The notes beneath the pieces are model-generated. The model was not told where the DNA came from, searched no databases, and saw nothing but the letters and a program-made list of their open reading frames with translations. This document shows positions 37,141-47,902 of a stretch of 64,000 nucleotides of DNA, one piece after another. Origin of the DNA: a virus. A program made the translations under genes and the position numbers. Numbering within the stretch: the first letter of the stretch is position 1; each line of letters opens with the position of its first letter. The stretch lies in IMG/VR virus record IMGVR_UViG_3300045988_164982; one strand, given 5' to 3'.

Positions 37141-37893
37141 TTAGGCGGTTTCGTTAAGGAATTTGTTAATAAAGTAGGTCTGACCTTTACCTGTGACTTT
37201 TGGTGTCTTAGTTATTCTGACACTTCCATCGGGATTGAAGATGTTACGCTCTTTTATCTCGAACAGACCTAGCTTCATACTTCTTTGTATTGGCATATTC
37301 CAATCACTGCTTTTCCTGGAAATGAGGTAGCCATTATCCCGCAGCCAAGCAAAAAATCGCTTCTCGCCAATATCTACTCCGTTCTGCTTGATGATTTTAG
37401 CCAGCTCGCCTACCAGAATTGAGGTTTTGGAAGATTCTACTGCTTCGGCAAACAATACTTTCGTTTTCATTTCCTCAACCCTTGCCAGAGCTTTCTGCTT
37501 GGCTTCGTATTCATTTGCCCAGGCTCTTGCTGCTTCTGCGGGATTGTTAAAGTTAGGCAAAGCTAAAGCATTCTCATTAACAAGCTGGTGCTCCATCTCA
37601 TAGAATTTATCCACATATGTGGCTGTGAATAAAATTCCTTTATCGCCTGTCATTTTGTTGGCTACCATATCACACCCTTTCTTGGTTAAGAGGTAGCACT
37701 TATATGCTTTGCCGGTGCCAGCTGTATAGCTTGATTCTATAAAGAAATTATCAGAATCCAATTTTGGATTTTGATATAGGATATTGACATAGCTATCAAT
37801 ATCACGGCATAAATGTGCATGAGTCTTATCAATCAACTCTGCTACTTCACGGCTGTCTGCATAAACGATTCCATCTTTTTTAATTAACTTCAT
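37141..37893 (-). CDS. Antirepressor with a Rha N-domain and KilA-C C-domain
   Basis: The Rha N-domain matches the ORF at 23874-24725. The C-terminus is KilA-C-like. Confidence 0.65.
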   Translation of the reverse strand: MKLIKKDGIVYADSREVAELIDKTHAHLCRDIDSYVNILYQNPKLDSDNFFIESSYTAGTGKAYKCYLLTKKGCDMVANKMTGDKGILFTATYVDKFYEMEHQLVNENALALPNFNNPAEAARAWANEYEAKQKALARVEEMKTKVLFAEAVESSKTSILVGELAKIIKQNGVDIGEKRFFAWLRDNGYLISRKSSDWNMPIQRSMKLGLFEIKERNIFNPDGSVRITKTPKVTGKGQTYFINKFLNETA

Positions 37894-37941
37894 AACATTT
37901 GCTCCTTTCGGTATTTCACATTGAATTACTTCAATAACATT

Positions 37942-37982
37942 TCAATGCTTCAAAATGCTGGCCAGTTGTCAACAAATCTTTG
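37942..37982. promoter_or_regulatory. Perfect 13-bp inverted repeat GGCCAGTTGTCAA-N7-TTGACAACTGGCC upstream of the Rha gene
   Basis: It carries TTGACA boxes on both strands and sits about 50 nt upstream of the reverse-strand gene start. Confidence 0.45.
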
Positions 37983-38382
37983 ACAACTGGCCATATTCTC
38001 CATAGGCCTACAAAACATTTGCATATTGGAAACATTTTTGTTATAATAAAGCTACAGACGGAACTTAAAAGCGTTGTATTACGTGTTAAGGACCTAACGA
38101 TGGAAAAAGCACTGCTACCTAATTTCAACCACTGGGGCGGTGCTTTTTATTTTGTATCATATTATACACCGATTTGACCAACAAGACAATAAAAATGTAG
38201 TTTTATTTGTATTTTTTTTAAAAGTAGTAACTACAAAATGCGTTTTCTTCAAGATTCTAAATGACCAAATCGTACATTTTTTCTAAATTTTAGTAGGCTG
38301 TTGGGGGAATACCATAAAAATATCCAAGAGTTCAGCGAACAATACAAAGCCTGTCTGAAATGATTTGCAAGGGTTTTTGTAG

Positions 38383-38412
38383 TTGACAAAACGCACATAT
38401 ATCCGCTATAAT
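38383..38412 (+). promoter_or_regulatory. Near-consensus promoter TTGACA-N18-TATAAT of the late packaging and head operon
   Basis: TTGACA is at 38383-38388 and TATAAT at 38407-38412. Confidence 0.55.
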
Positions 38413-38449
38413 GTGATATGATGGATAATAAGATATATAGATAGATGCA

Positions 38450-38482
38450 GACTGTTTGCTAATTGGCAAGCGGTCTTTTTTG
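38450..38482 (+). terminator. Intrinsic terminator in the leader between the promoter and the first late gene
   Basis: A 10-bp stem with 2 G-U wobble pairs, GACTGTTTGC...GCAAGCGGTC, is followed by TTTTTT. It lies 15 nt before the start at 38497. Confidence 0.5.
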
Positions 38483-38496
38483 TTGGGGGCAATAAA

Positions 38497-40033
38497 AATG
38501 TATAAAACAGAGGCTAAACCAAGAGTGGTTACAGCTGATGGTGTACCAGTATTCTGTGGGCATGATAAGATTTTAAAGATTAAGGATTTGAAGCCTAATC
38601 CTAAAAATCCTAATCAGCACAATGCCAAGCAGATAGGGCTACTGGCAACAATCATCAAATCAAACGGCTGGCGGGCACCTATTACTGTCAGCAAAAGAAG
38701 TGGATATATAGTAAAAGGGCATGGTCGCAGACAGGCAGCAATATCCGCAGGCCTAAAGGAAGTGCCTGTAGAGTATCAGGATTATGCTACTGCGGCAGAG
38801 GAAAATGCCGACTTGCTGGCAGATAATCGTATAGCAGAGCTTTCAGATATTGATAATGACAAGCTCATGGATATGATTAAGGATACTGACTTTGGGGAAA
38901 TGCCTGTAGAACTCACAGGTTTTACCACAGAGGATTTAGCTGATATTCTTAATGAAATTGAGAATAGTGATGATGAGGTTGAAGATGATGGTGCGGATTC
39001 CGAATCTGGCACCGATGAAGAGATTCCACCATTTACCAAGCCTAATGATTTATGGCATTTGGGTGATCATAGACTTTTGTGTGGCTCTGCAACAAGCACA
39101 GAGGATATAGATAGGCTGATGAATGGCGATATGGCACAACTTGTACATACCGACCCGCCATATGGTGTTAGTTTTGTCGGAAGCGGTCGTGGCGAGAATA
39201 AATTCGGCATGATAAAGAATGACGATAAGACAGATGATGCCTTGATGGGTCTTTTAGTGCCAGCATTTAAGAATTATATGCGGTACACCAAGTCGGATGC
39301 TGCTTTCTACGTTTGGTATGCCTTTGCTTCCAGGAGAGAGTTTGAAGATTCTATGACGGCTGTAGGACTTATCCCTAAGCAACAGATAATTTGGGTAAAG
39401 AATAACTTTGTGCTTGCCCATAACGATTATCATTGGATTCACGAACCATGCCTGTATTCAGAGAAAGCTGGACAACACGCAAAATTCTTTGGCGACCGCT
39501 CCAATGTAACGGCATGGACAGCGACAGTCCGTACCGGTAAGGATATGGCCACCACAGTAAAAGGCGGTGTAGTGCTGACTGACGGAGATGGGCACAAGAT
39601 AGCTATCTCCGACAAGACTGTCAAAGGCAAAAAAATGAGGTATATTCGCCTTGATGAAAACAAAAGCGTATTCCTCTATAATGAACCTGCTAATGGTACT
39701 GTTTGGGAATTTGCTAAGGAATCGCACCCTATTCACCCTACACAGAAGCCAGTGGAAATACCTGCTAAAGCTATTTTGAACAGCTCCGAGGCTGGTGATG
39801 TTGTACTTGACTTCTTTGGTGGCAGTGGTAGCACACTTATTGCCTGTGAAATGACAGGTAGAAAATGTCGCTCTACAGAGCTTGACCCAAAATATTGCGA
39901 TGCCATTGTAAAGCGATACGCTGAAATTGCTCCTACTGGAACTATTACCTGTGAAAGAGATGGTCAGGAGTATTCCTATTCCGAGATACAGGCAATGTAC
40001 CAGCAGGAACACCCAGATGTAATGATAGATTAA
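38497..40033 (+). CDS. ParB-like nuclease N-domain fused to a DNA methyltransferase (N6-adenine/N4-cytosine type, beta class)
   Basis: The ParB-like N-terminus is LKPNPKNPNQHN...GHGRRQAAISAG. The methyltransferase motif IV (DPPY) comes before motif I (FFGGSGST). Confidence 0.8.
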
Positions 40034-40198
40034 AAAGACAATCCCCTAGCGAGCCTCTGATTCAAGCGTAATACCGCTGGGGTTTTCTGTGCAAACAAAT
40101 AATTTATAGCAAAGCAGTCCATGCAAGCTATAGCTCAATAGTTTTGGACTCCTTGTTACATAAAACATCATAATATTTCTCCTATTTTATTTCCCTTT

Positions 40199-40231
40199 AG
40201 GGACTGCTGTGCATATGGCAGTCCCTTTTTA
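40199..40231 (+). terminator. Rho-independent terminator
   Basis: The stem AGGGACTGC...GCAGTCCCT is followed by TTTTT. Confidence 0.65.
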
Positions 40232-40320
40232 ATATACCGAAATAGTTCAATGAAGAACGTTCAGTGATGAAAGATAGAGGTTCAAGTCCTCTGATTGGTC
40301 AAAATAGGAAAGGGGGTGGA

Positions 40321-40929
40321 ATGATGGCTGGCAAGAAAAGGAAGAAGCCTGATGATTTCATGGATAAATTCCTAGATGATTGCCAAGAGTGGGATAGAAG
40401 ATTCGATTTAAAAGAAACAGATTCCGCATATAAGTATTTCTGTATATACAGGGATAGTTCGAGCCTGACGGGCGAAAGGCGTTCGTTGAGAAAGACTGCC
40501 GAACAGGCTGGAGTAAAACCTAGCACTTTGAGCGTATATGCCAATAAATACGATTGGTATGACAGAGTTAGGGCATACGACCTTTTTCTTGAAAAGAGCC
40601 GCAGGACTAGGTATGAGGAAGAATTGGACAAGATGTACGCTACTCATGCCAAGGTAGGCAACAGCCTTATAGTAAAGGCTATGAAGAAGCTCCTTAACAC
40701 CCCTGACGAAATGCTTACCATAAACGATGTGATAAAACTGCTTGACTTGGGAGTTAAGACAGAGCGCATTTCACGAGGCGAGGTCATTGAGGGCAGACTC
40801 CGTAATCAGAAGTTACAGGCGGAGATTGACAACCTTACCAATGCTAACAATGGTGATACTGTTGAGATTGTCGATGATATACCGCTTGAAAATGAGGATA
40901 TAGTCGATGATATTCCACTCTTGAAGTAG
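40321..40929 (+). CDS. Terminase small subunit (putative)
   Basis: It lies immediately upstream of terL. The N-terminus is basic and an HTH-like segment GVKPSTLSVYANKYDWYDRV is present. RBS is AGGGGGTGG. Confidence 0.5.
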   Translation: MMAGKKRKKPDDFMDKFLDDCQEWDRRFDLKETDSAYKYFCIYRDSSSLTGERRSLRKTAEQAGVKPSTLSVYANKYDWYDRVRAYDLFLEKSRRTRYEEELDKMYATHAKVGNSLIVKAMKKLLNTPDEMLTINDVIKLLDLGVKTERISRGEVIEGRLRNQKLQAEIDNLTNANNGDTVEIVDDIPLENEDIVDDIPLLK

Positions 40930-40942
40930 AGAGGGGGATAAT

Positions 40943-42202
40943 ATGGCACGACCAAAGCTATCTAAGCTGATAGCAAAACATTTTTGGGGTGTGCATAATG
41001 CTATAAAAAGGCATGATTACACCTATTTTTGGCTACCAGGCGGTAGAGGAAGTACAAAATCTTCGTTTGTAAGTTTGGAGATACCGCAGATATTGCTCCG
41101 TAATCCAGATTGCCATGCTGTTGTGCTTAGAAAATATGCCAACACACTAAAAGGTTCGGTATATGGACAAATGCAATGGGCTATAGACAAGCTGGGACTT
41201 ACTGACAAATTTAGATATTTGACTGCACCGCCAGAGATAACATTTAAAAAGACAGGCCAGAAGATACTTTTTTTGGGTGTTGATGACCCACAGAAGATAA
41301 AATCTCTAAAACTGCCCTTTGGATACGTTGGAATAGTGTGGATGGAGGAGCTGAATTCTTTCAGCAGTGCAGAGGAAATACGAAGTCTTAACCAGTCGTT
41401 ACTGCGTGGTGGCGATAAATTTTGGGAGTTTTTGACCTACAATCCTCCTAAAACAATGGATAATTGGGTAAATACGGAAAGATTAATCGAAGAACCCGAT
41501 AAATTAGTCCACAGCACCACCTATTTAAATGTCCCTAAATCGTGGCTCGGCGAGGAGTTCTTCAATGCAGCAGAACGCCTAAAGCAGAGAAATGAAATGC
41601 TGTACCGACATGAATACTTGGGAGAGGTTACAGGCACAGGTGGTGCAGTATTTGAAAATGTAGTAGGCGAGGAAATCACAGATGAACAGATTCGTACATT
41701 CGACAAACTTTTGTATGGGTTGGATTTCGGTTTTGCCATTGATCCTCTTGCTTTTACTGCTTCTTACTATGACAAGAAGCGTGAAATCCTCTATATTTTT
41801 GCTGAAATATATGAGGTAGGAATGAAAAACAAACGAGCTGTTGAGGCTATGAAGAAAATCTGTGAAAACAGACGAGTAGTAGCGGATAGCGCAGAGCCAC
41901 GAACCATTGCAGAAATGCGTGATTTGGGACTGCGTGTTGTGGCAGCACGAAAAGGCCCAGATTCCATTGACCACGGAATCCGCTGGCTACAGAATCTACA
42001 AAAGATAGTGGTCGACAAGAATAGGTGTCCTAACACCTATAGAGAATTAGTAAGCTATGAATACGATAAGAACAAAAATGGTCAGTTCATCAGCAGTTAC
42101 CCTGATAAGAACCAGCATGCGATAGATTCCCTACGCTATGCCACGGAATCCTTGATGCGTGAGCCTATTGATATTCATTCTGCTAAACATACATTGTTCT
42201 AA
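40943..42202 (+). CDS. Terminase large subunit of the PBSX/XtmB family
   Basis: The ATPase N-domain has GGRGSTKS as its Walker A motif. The C-terminal nuclease domain has acidic residues. The protein is 419 aa. Confidence 0.85.
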   Translation: MARPKLSKLIAKHFWGVHNAIKRHDYTYFWLPGGRGSTKSSFVSLEIPQILLRNPDCHAVVLRKYANTLKGSVYGQMQWAIDKLGLTDKFRYLTAPPEITFKKTGQKILFLGVDDPQKIKSLKLPFGYVGIVWMEELNSFSSAEEIRSLNQSLLRGGDKFWEFLTYNPPKTMDNWVNTERLIEEPDKLVHSTTYLNVPKSWLGEEFFNAAERLKQRNEMLYRHEYLGEVTGTGGAVFENVVGEEITDEQIRTFDKLLYGLDFGFAIDPLAFTASYYDKKREILYIFAEIYEVGMKNKRAVEAMKKICENRRVVADSAEPRTIAEMRDLGLRVVAARKGPDSIDHGIRWLQNLQKIVVDKNRCPNTYRELVSYEYDKNKNGQFISSYPDKNQHAIDSLRYATESLMREPIDIHSAKHTLF

Positions 42203-42217
42203 AGGTGGTGATATTTA

Positions 42218-43720
42218 GTGCCAATACAATATTCTATGAGAGGTTATACCTTTCTGGACGATGCCTATACAGGCGGTGGTGGCTTTCTTGATGGTACCTA
42301 CCTTTTGAGGCATCCACGTGAGGACGATGCCAAGATTGCTTATCGACAGGAACTTAGCTACTACAGCAATTTTGTAAAGCCTGTGGTTGACTCCTTAACT
42401 AATCCTATTTTTCGCAAAATGATTGCTAGGGATTGGTCAAAGGGCAAAGCACAGTTCTTGCCACCATTCATGCATGATGTGGACAGGCTGGGTTCTACCA
42501 TGAATCGTTTTATGAAGAACGCTGCTAGATATGCTAGACTTTACGGCTCTGTCTTTATCATGGTAGATAACAGCCGTGAGGTGTCATCTAATGCCTTGTC
42601 GGCACTTGATGAAAGGAAATATCCTTACTTATATTTCGTAAAACCAGAGCAGGTTATGGAGTATAAGAGTGACGAGCATGGCAAGCTATTATATATCAAG
42701 TACAGAACACATGAAACCTGTACCAAGATTATGGGTGGGGCAAACCTCAATACAGATGAAAACGTATGGGAATGGTGGCGTGACAAATGGAAAGTCACCT
42801 ATCATGATGGGAAAGTAGAGGAATCTGCCAACCAGCTGGGCTTTATCCCTATGGTTACTCTTTATGGTACTGATGCCGACACAGGCGATTTTATGCCGTT
42901 GTCTCCAATGATGTCTATAGCAAGAACCAACCTTGCTATTTACAATATCTGTTCCGAGCTTAGAGAGCTTTTGCGAAATCAAGCATTTTCTATTCTGTGT
43001 TTTCCAATTACAGATGAAGTCAGCATTGATACCTTGAAACAGGGTATCAGGCTTGGTAGTGATAATATGCTTGTGTACGATGGCAATTCGAGCAAAGCCC
43101 CATTCTTTATCTCACCATCAGCTGACCAGGCAAATCTATTGCAAGCTGAAATAAACCGTCTTGTAGAGGATATATACCGACAGGCGAACCTCACAGGCGT
43201 GGCTTCCGTTCAACAGAGAACATCAGGTGTGGCAAGACAGTGGGACTTTGAGCAGACCAATCAGGCTTTGGCAGATATGGCGGAGAACTGTGAAATTGCC
43301 GAGCGAGAGATTGTTAAGTGCTTCCTTGCCTATATGGGGGAGGACACAGACTTGGAGTACAAAGTTATTTATCCTAGAGATTTTGGCATTGTAGATGTGT
43401 CGGGAGAACTTGATAAGGTTGCAGCAGCTCTTTCCCTTAATGTTGGTTCTGAATTTGATAAGCAGGTCAAGATTAAGGCTACAGAGGCATTTTTGTCTAA
43501 CATTCCAGATAAGGAGTATGACAAGGTTGTCGAGCAGATACGCACTTCTTCTGACGATGAACTTTACGCACAGATTGAGGGATTAGCAAGGGAGGGTACT
43601 TACAACCCAGCTACCCCCAAAACTGCCGATAAGGGCTATTCTGTGCGAGATAAAATAGCAAAGTATTTGGAGGGGCAGGAGCAACTCAAATTACAGGCAA
43701 AGAAAGATAGGTTGAAATGA
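42218..43720 (+). CDS. Portal protein
   Basis: The 500-aa protein lies immediately after terL. GTG start follows AAGGTGGTGA. Confidence 0.7.
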   Translation: MPIQYSMRGYTFLDDAYTGGGGFLDGTYLLRHPREDDAKIAYRQELSYYSNFVKPVVDSLTNPIFRKMIARDWSKGKAQFLPPFMHDVDRLGSTMNRFMKNAARYARLYGSVFIMVDNSREVSSNALSALDERKYPYLYFVKPEQVMEYKSDEHGKLLYIKYRTHETCTKIMGGANLNTDENVWEWWRDKWKVTYHDGKVEESANQLGFIPMVTLYGTDADTGDFMPLSPMMSIARTNLAIYNICSELRELLRNQAFSILCFPITDEVSIDTLKQGIRLGSDNMLVYDGNSSKAPFFISPSADQANLLQAEINRLVEDIYRQANLTGVASVQQRTSGVARQWDFEQTNQALADMAENCEIAEREIVKCFLAYMGEDTDLEYKVIYPRDFGIVDVSGELDKVAAALSLNVGSEFDKQVKIKATEAFLSNIPDKEYDKVVEQIRTSSDDELYAQIEGLAREGTYNPATPKTADKGYSVRDKIAKYLEGQEQLKLQAKKDRLK

Positions 43721-44886
43721 CAGTAAAGAAGCAAAAACTGGCGAAAGAAGATTGGTATAGAGCTAAGATTCGCAGTGCCGTTAATGATTTTACAGAGCAA
43801 TACAAAAACTATATGCAGAACTCTATTGATGATGTTTTTAACACCATGAAGCAGGGGTATGATATTCCACAGGCGGTAGAAATTGTTACTTCTCGAAAAG
43901 GTTTTGTTAATGACAGATTGAAAGAGCTGATAGAAGATGTTTTGACAACAGTTGTTGAGGCTGTAAATGGCAAAACATTGTCCAAAGGCAAAATGCAGCG
44001 AATCGTTAGCAGGGCTATGAATGAGTCGTGGACAGATGATGGCGTTAGCTTAAAAAAGCGTATCAGACGTCTGTCCAACGATACCATTTATGAAATAAGG
44101 CGTTCTACTATGGCTACGGTAGGTAATCTCAATCAAATTGATATGAAAATCAAGAATATTGAGAAGCTGGTATTACAGACCGATGTGGACATTCGCAAGG
44201 TGAAAGACCAGTGCAGGGTGCTGCGTACTGTAGCGGGATTAGCTACCCATGGCGATAGAAATGTTTCCAAGGATTTGTACCAGCAAACCGAAAGACTGGT
44301 TAGAGCACTTAACGGAGATAGTGTCAGAGCACGAACGCTGGCAATGAAGAATCTAAAATATACCGCAAGCCAGGTATGGGAATATGCACTGCCTAACACA
44401 TTGCAAATTGCCTTTAAGGGCAAAGCAGCATACAGGGCAGAGAGAATAGCTCGTACAGAAGCAAGCAAGCTGTACTTTGAATCCTTTATTGCCCAACACC
44501 AAAGCAATCCTGATGTAGTAGCCTACCAATGGAGCTTATCACCAAGACACAACATATTTGACCAGTGCGATGTGTGTGCCAATATCAACATTGGTTACGG
44601 CAGGGGTATTTATCCCAAAAATCTTATGCCGTCCATCCCAAGGCATCCACACTGTATGTGTACTATTAACCCTGTTTACAGAGTTTCTATAAAAGGAAAA
44701 CACAGGGTTGACATAAATATGGCTAGGAAATATTTCAGCGGACTGTCTGAACGCCACCTGCAAGACCTGTTTGGTATTGCTGGGGCTGTTGATGTTTCAT
44801 TAGGCGGTGATTGGCAGAAGTATCTGCGAGGTTGGAATGGTTTCAGCAAGCCAAAGACAAGATTTGAATTTGAAGATTTTAATTAG
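43717..44886 (+). CDS. Head morphogenesis or minor capsid protein of the SPP1 gp7/Mu F-like class
   Basis: Its position is after the portal. It has a C-terminal Cys cluster, CDVCANIN...HPHCMC. It overlaps the portal stop codon. Confidence 0.55.
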   Translation: MTVKKQKLAKEDWYRAKIRSAVNDFTEQYKNYMQNSIDDVFNTMKQGYDIPQAVEIVTSRKGFVNDRLKELIEDVLTTVVEAVNGKTLSKGKMQRIVSRAMNESWTDDGVSLKKRIRRLSNDTIYEIRRSTMATVGNLNQIDMKIKNIEKLVLQTDVDIRKVKDQCRVLRTVAGLATHGDRNVSKDLYQQTERLVRALNGDSVRARTLAMKNLKYTASQVWEYALPNTLQIAFKGKAAYRAERIARTEASKLYFESFIAQHQSNPDVVAYQWSLSPRHNIFDQCDVCANINIGYGRGIYPKNLMPSIPRHPHCMCTINPVYRVSIKGKHRVDINMARKYFSGLSERHLQDLFGIAGAVDVSLGGDWQKYLRGWNGFSKPKTRFEFEDFN

Positions 44887-44897
44887 GAGGAAATAGT

Positions 44898-45611
44898 ATG
44901 CCAAAGACAAAAGAAGAGATTATTGCAGCACTTGGCACATTGGAAGATGGCAAAGAGTTCGTAAGCGGTCTTAATGCCATTCTAAAGGATTCCAATGATA
45001 ATGCTCACAAGCTGGAGGAGCTTACCAAGGAAATCGGTGAGCTGAAAACCAATAGCACCACTATTGGCGAAAATTACAACAAGCTGGCTGACTTTATCGG
45101 CCTGAGCACTGATGTCACCGACCTTGATGCAGCACTTGAAGCTATCAAGGCTAACAAGGGCAAGGAAGCTAATGCTGATAAGATTACCCTACAGAGTAAG
45201 ATTAACGAGCTTACACGTGCTCTCAAAGCCTCTGAGGATAAGGGCAAGGAAACTTCTGCACTGGCAAAGGCTGAAAAAGCCAAACGGCAGTCCATGATTA
45301 GGGATATGCACATTCGCAATGCATTGGAGGCCAACAAGGCAGTAAATCCAGCTATCACTTCTGGACTTCTCCGTGACAGAGTAAAGGTAAATGATGATGA
45401 TACCCTGTCCTTTATGGCTGATGATGGCTCCGAGGTTACTGTTGACGAGGGAGTTAAGTCTTTCCTTGAAAAGTACCCAGAGTACAGAGTAAATCATCAG
45501 ATTCCTGGTGCTGGTGGTTCCTATGGCGGTCAGACCGTTGATAAGATTGATTTTGAGAAGATGTCCCCAGAGGAGTACCGCAAGCTCCGCAAAGAGGGCA
45601 AAATACGTTAA
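44898..45611 (+). CDS. Scaffolding protein
   Basis: It is an alpha-helical coiled coil rich in K, E and A and lies immediately upstream of the capsid gene. Confidence 0.6.
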   Translation: MPKTKEEIIAALGTLEDGKEFVSGLNAILKDSNDNAHKLEELTKEIGELKTNSTTIGENYNKLADFIGLSTDVTDLDAALEAIKANKGKEANADKITLQSKINELTRALKASEDKGKETSALAKAEKAKRQSMIRDMHIRNALEANKAVNPAITSGLLRDRVKVNDDDTLSFMADDGSEVTVDEGVKSFLEKYPEYRVNHQIPGAGGSYGGQTVDKIDFEKMSPEEYRKLRKEGKIR

Positions 45612-45661
45612 TATGCCGATTTCGGCTGATTATATTGTAAAACGAAAGGAATGATTATTTC

Positions 45662-46774
45662 ATGGCTAATTCTTTTTTAACTCCTGCGATTATTGCGCAG
45701 GAAGCACTCATGCAGTTGGAAAATAACCTTGTAATGGGTAACCTGGTGAACAGAAGCTACTCTACCGAGTTCAAGGCTAAGGTAGGCGATACCATCACTG
45801 TTCGCAAGCCTGTGACTTTCCGTGTTGATGAGTTCAAGGACGAAATCAACCTGCAGAACATTAATGAGAGCGGTGTATCTGTAAAGATGGACAAGCTGCT
45901 TGATGTTTCTTTCCCTATTGATTCCAAGGATTTGACTTTGTCTATTGAGCGATTCTCCGAGCGTTATGTTATTCCTGCTATGTCCGCATTTGCACAGGAT
46001 ATTGATTCCCGACTGGCACAGCTGGCACTTGATGTTCCTTACTTTACTGGTACTGCTGGTACTGCCCCTGATTCCGTGGCAAGTATTACTTCTGTTCGTA
46101 AGATTATGAATGATAATAAGGTTCCTATGGCTGGTCGTAATCTGGTTTTTGACACCGCAGCAGATGCCAAGCTGTTGGAGCTTGACACTTTCAATCGTGT
46201 TGATGCTTCTGGTACTTCCGATGCACTTGTTAATGCTATTCTCGGTAAAAAGTTCGGCTTTGATTGCTACATGGATCAGAATATTGTGTCTGTAGCAAAT
46301 GACAATTTTGTTGGTGCTGCGCCAAAGGTTGCACAGGCTGTAGATAAGGGTGCGGAAACCATGACTATTACCGACACCACTCTTACCGGTACTGTAAAGA
46401 AAGGTACTTTGCTGAAGATTGCGGGCACTACCCAGACTTTTGTTGTTACCGAGGATGCCACTGCGGCTGGCAATAATGCCGTATTGAAGATTTACCCTGC
46501 TGTTGCTGATGGTATTAAGCAGGATGCAGCAGTAACTGTTATCGGCAACCATGCTGCCAATATTGCTTTCCATAAGAACGCTTTCTCCCTGGTTTCTGTA
46601 CCACTGGATAAGCCTATGGGTTCTAATAACAGTGCAACTACCAGCTACAACGGCTTGGGACTGCGTGTAACTTACGGCTACAACATCGACAAGAAGCAGG
46701 ATATTATCTCCATTGATGGCTTGTTCGGTTTCAAGACTCTTACCCCTGAGCTGGCTTGCGTATTGCTGGGCTAA
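45662..46774 (+). CDS. Major capsid protein
   Basis: The 370-aa protein is in the canonical position after the scaffold. A 52-aa ORF at 46790-46948 follows. Confidence 0.7.
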   Translation: MANSFLTPAIIAQEALMQLENNLVMGNLVNRSYSTEFKAKVGDTITVRKPVTFRVDEFKDEINLQNINESGVSVKMDKLLDVSFPIDSKDLTLSIERFSERYVIPAMSAFAQDIDSRLAQLALDVPYFTGTAGTAPDSVASITSVRKIMNDNKVPMAGRNLVFDTAADAKLLELDTFNRVDASGTSDALVNAILGKKFGFDCYMDQNIVSVANDNFVGAAPKVAQAVDKGAETMTITDTTLTGTVKKGTLLKIAGTTQTFVVTEDATAAGNNAVLKIYPAVADGIKQDAAVTVIGNHAANIAFHKNAFSLVSVPLDKPMGSNNSATTSYNGLGLRVTYGYNIDKKQDIISIDGLFGFKTLTPELACVLLG

Positions 46775-46952
46775 GAGGGGGCATGACAGATGGTTTTGAA
46801 AACTGTTACCATGTACAGCCCTGACAGCGAAGCATACCTCGTAAATGAGGCAGATGTTGCTGATTACAAAGCAAAGGGCTTTACTCAGAAGAAGAAAACT
46901 GCTACCAAGGCTGCAAAGGCTGACACTAGCACCACAAAGGAGTGATTAATGC

Positions 46953-47492
46953 ATGGCAAGGAGTATTAAGGTTAGAATCAGTTCAGAGGCACTAGAGGAA
47001 CGATTAGCTAACTTGTGGCCTAGGAGTAATGCTGCAATGCGCCTTGCCTTGCAAGAGTCAGCTGATATGGTGCGTGACTATGCAAAAAAGCACCACCGCT
47101 TTAAATCAAGAAGTGGTAAACTTGAAAAATCTGTAATCAGTTCGGTAAGAATGAATAGCGATACAGGAAAAGCTACTGTTCGGCTGGACAGGCGTATTGC
47201 TCGTTATTCTAATATCGTCCATGAGGGTGCTAAACCACATTTTATCTTTCCCCGAAAGGCAAGGGCTTTGCATTTCTTTTGGGAACGAATAGGTAGGTGG
47301 GTTCTATTTGACTCCGTACATCACCCTGGGCAGGAAGCAGACCCATTCCTGCGAGAAGCAGCAGAAGCTGTCCAGCCTAATGTTGACGATATTTTCCGCA
47401 GACATCTAAATATGCTTGTACGAGGAAGCCGAAGTACGAGAAGCAGACAGTTAGCACGTGCAAAACGTATTGCAAGTCGGAGAGGACGGTGA
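46953..47492 (+). CDS. Head-tail connector or completion protein, HK97 gp10-like
   Basis: SGKLEKSV...VHEG...PFL resembles the gp10 family. Confidence 0.45.
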   Translation: MARSIKVRISSEALEERLANLWPRSNAAMRLALQESADMVRDYAKKHHRFKSRSGKLEKSVISSVRMNSDTGKATVRLDRRIARYSNIVHEGAKPHFIFPRKARALHFFWERIGRWVLFDSVHHPGQEADPFLREAAEAVQPNVDDIFRRHLNMLVRGSRSTRSRQLARAKRIASRRGR

Positions 47493-47899
47493 ATTTTATG
47501 ATTGAAATTGAGGGAAAGCGAATTTATTTTAATCCTGATGATGTGGTTGATGCACTGCTTGCTAAGAAAATCACTGACCGTATACTTATCAAGTCATCCC
47601 TATACATTGAAGATATGGCTTTAAACTTTGGTGTTCAAAAGGAAGAAATCGCAGACCCTGTGCCGTTCAAAATTGCACGGCTTGCAATGGTTTATGCCCT
47701 TATGATGACCGCCTTAGAAAACTCCCGAATGGCTTCTGATGGAAGCCAGGATGGTGCAGATGCCTATGAATTAAAACGCAGGGTATTTGCCGAGGAGTTA
47801 AAACAAATTGAAGCACAGTTGAGTGCAGACACCTTTAGCAACGGTCAGTCAAGCATTAAGATGACTGCACCCTTTGCTGTGCCTATTCTAAGGGGGTAA
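47489..47899 (+). CDS. Tail/head-tail joining protein, hypothetical
   Basis: Assigned by gene order only. Confidence 0.4.
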   Translation: MNFMIEIEGKRIYFNPDDVVDALLAKKITDRILIKSSLYIEDMALNFGVQKEEIADPVPFKIARLAMVYALMMTALENSRMASDGSQDGADAYELKRRVFAEELKQIEAQLSADTFSNGQSSIKMTAPFAVPILRG

Positions 47900-47902
47900 A
47901 TC

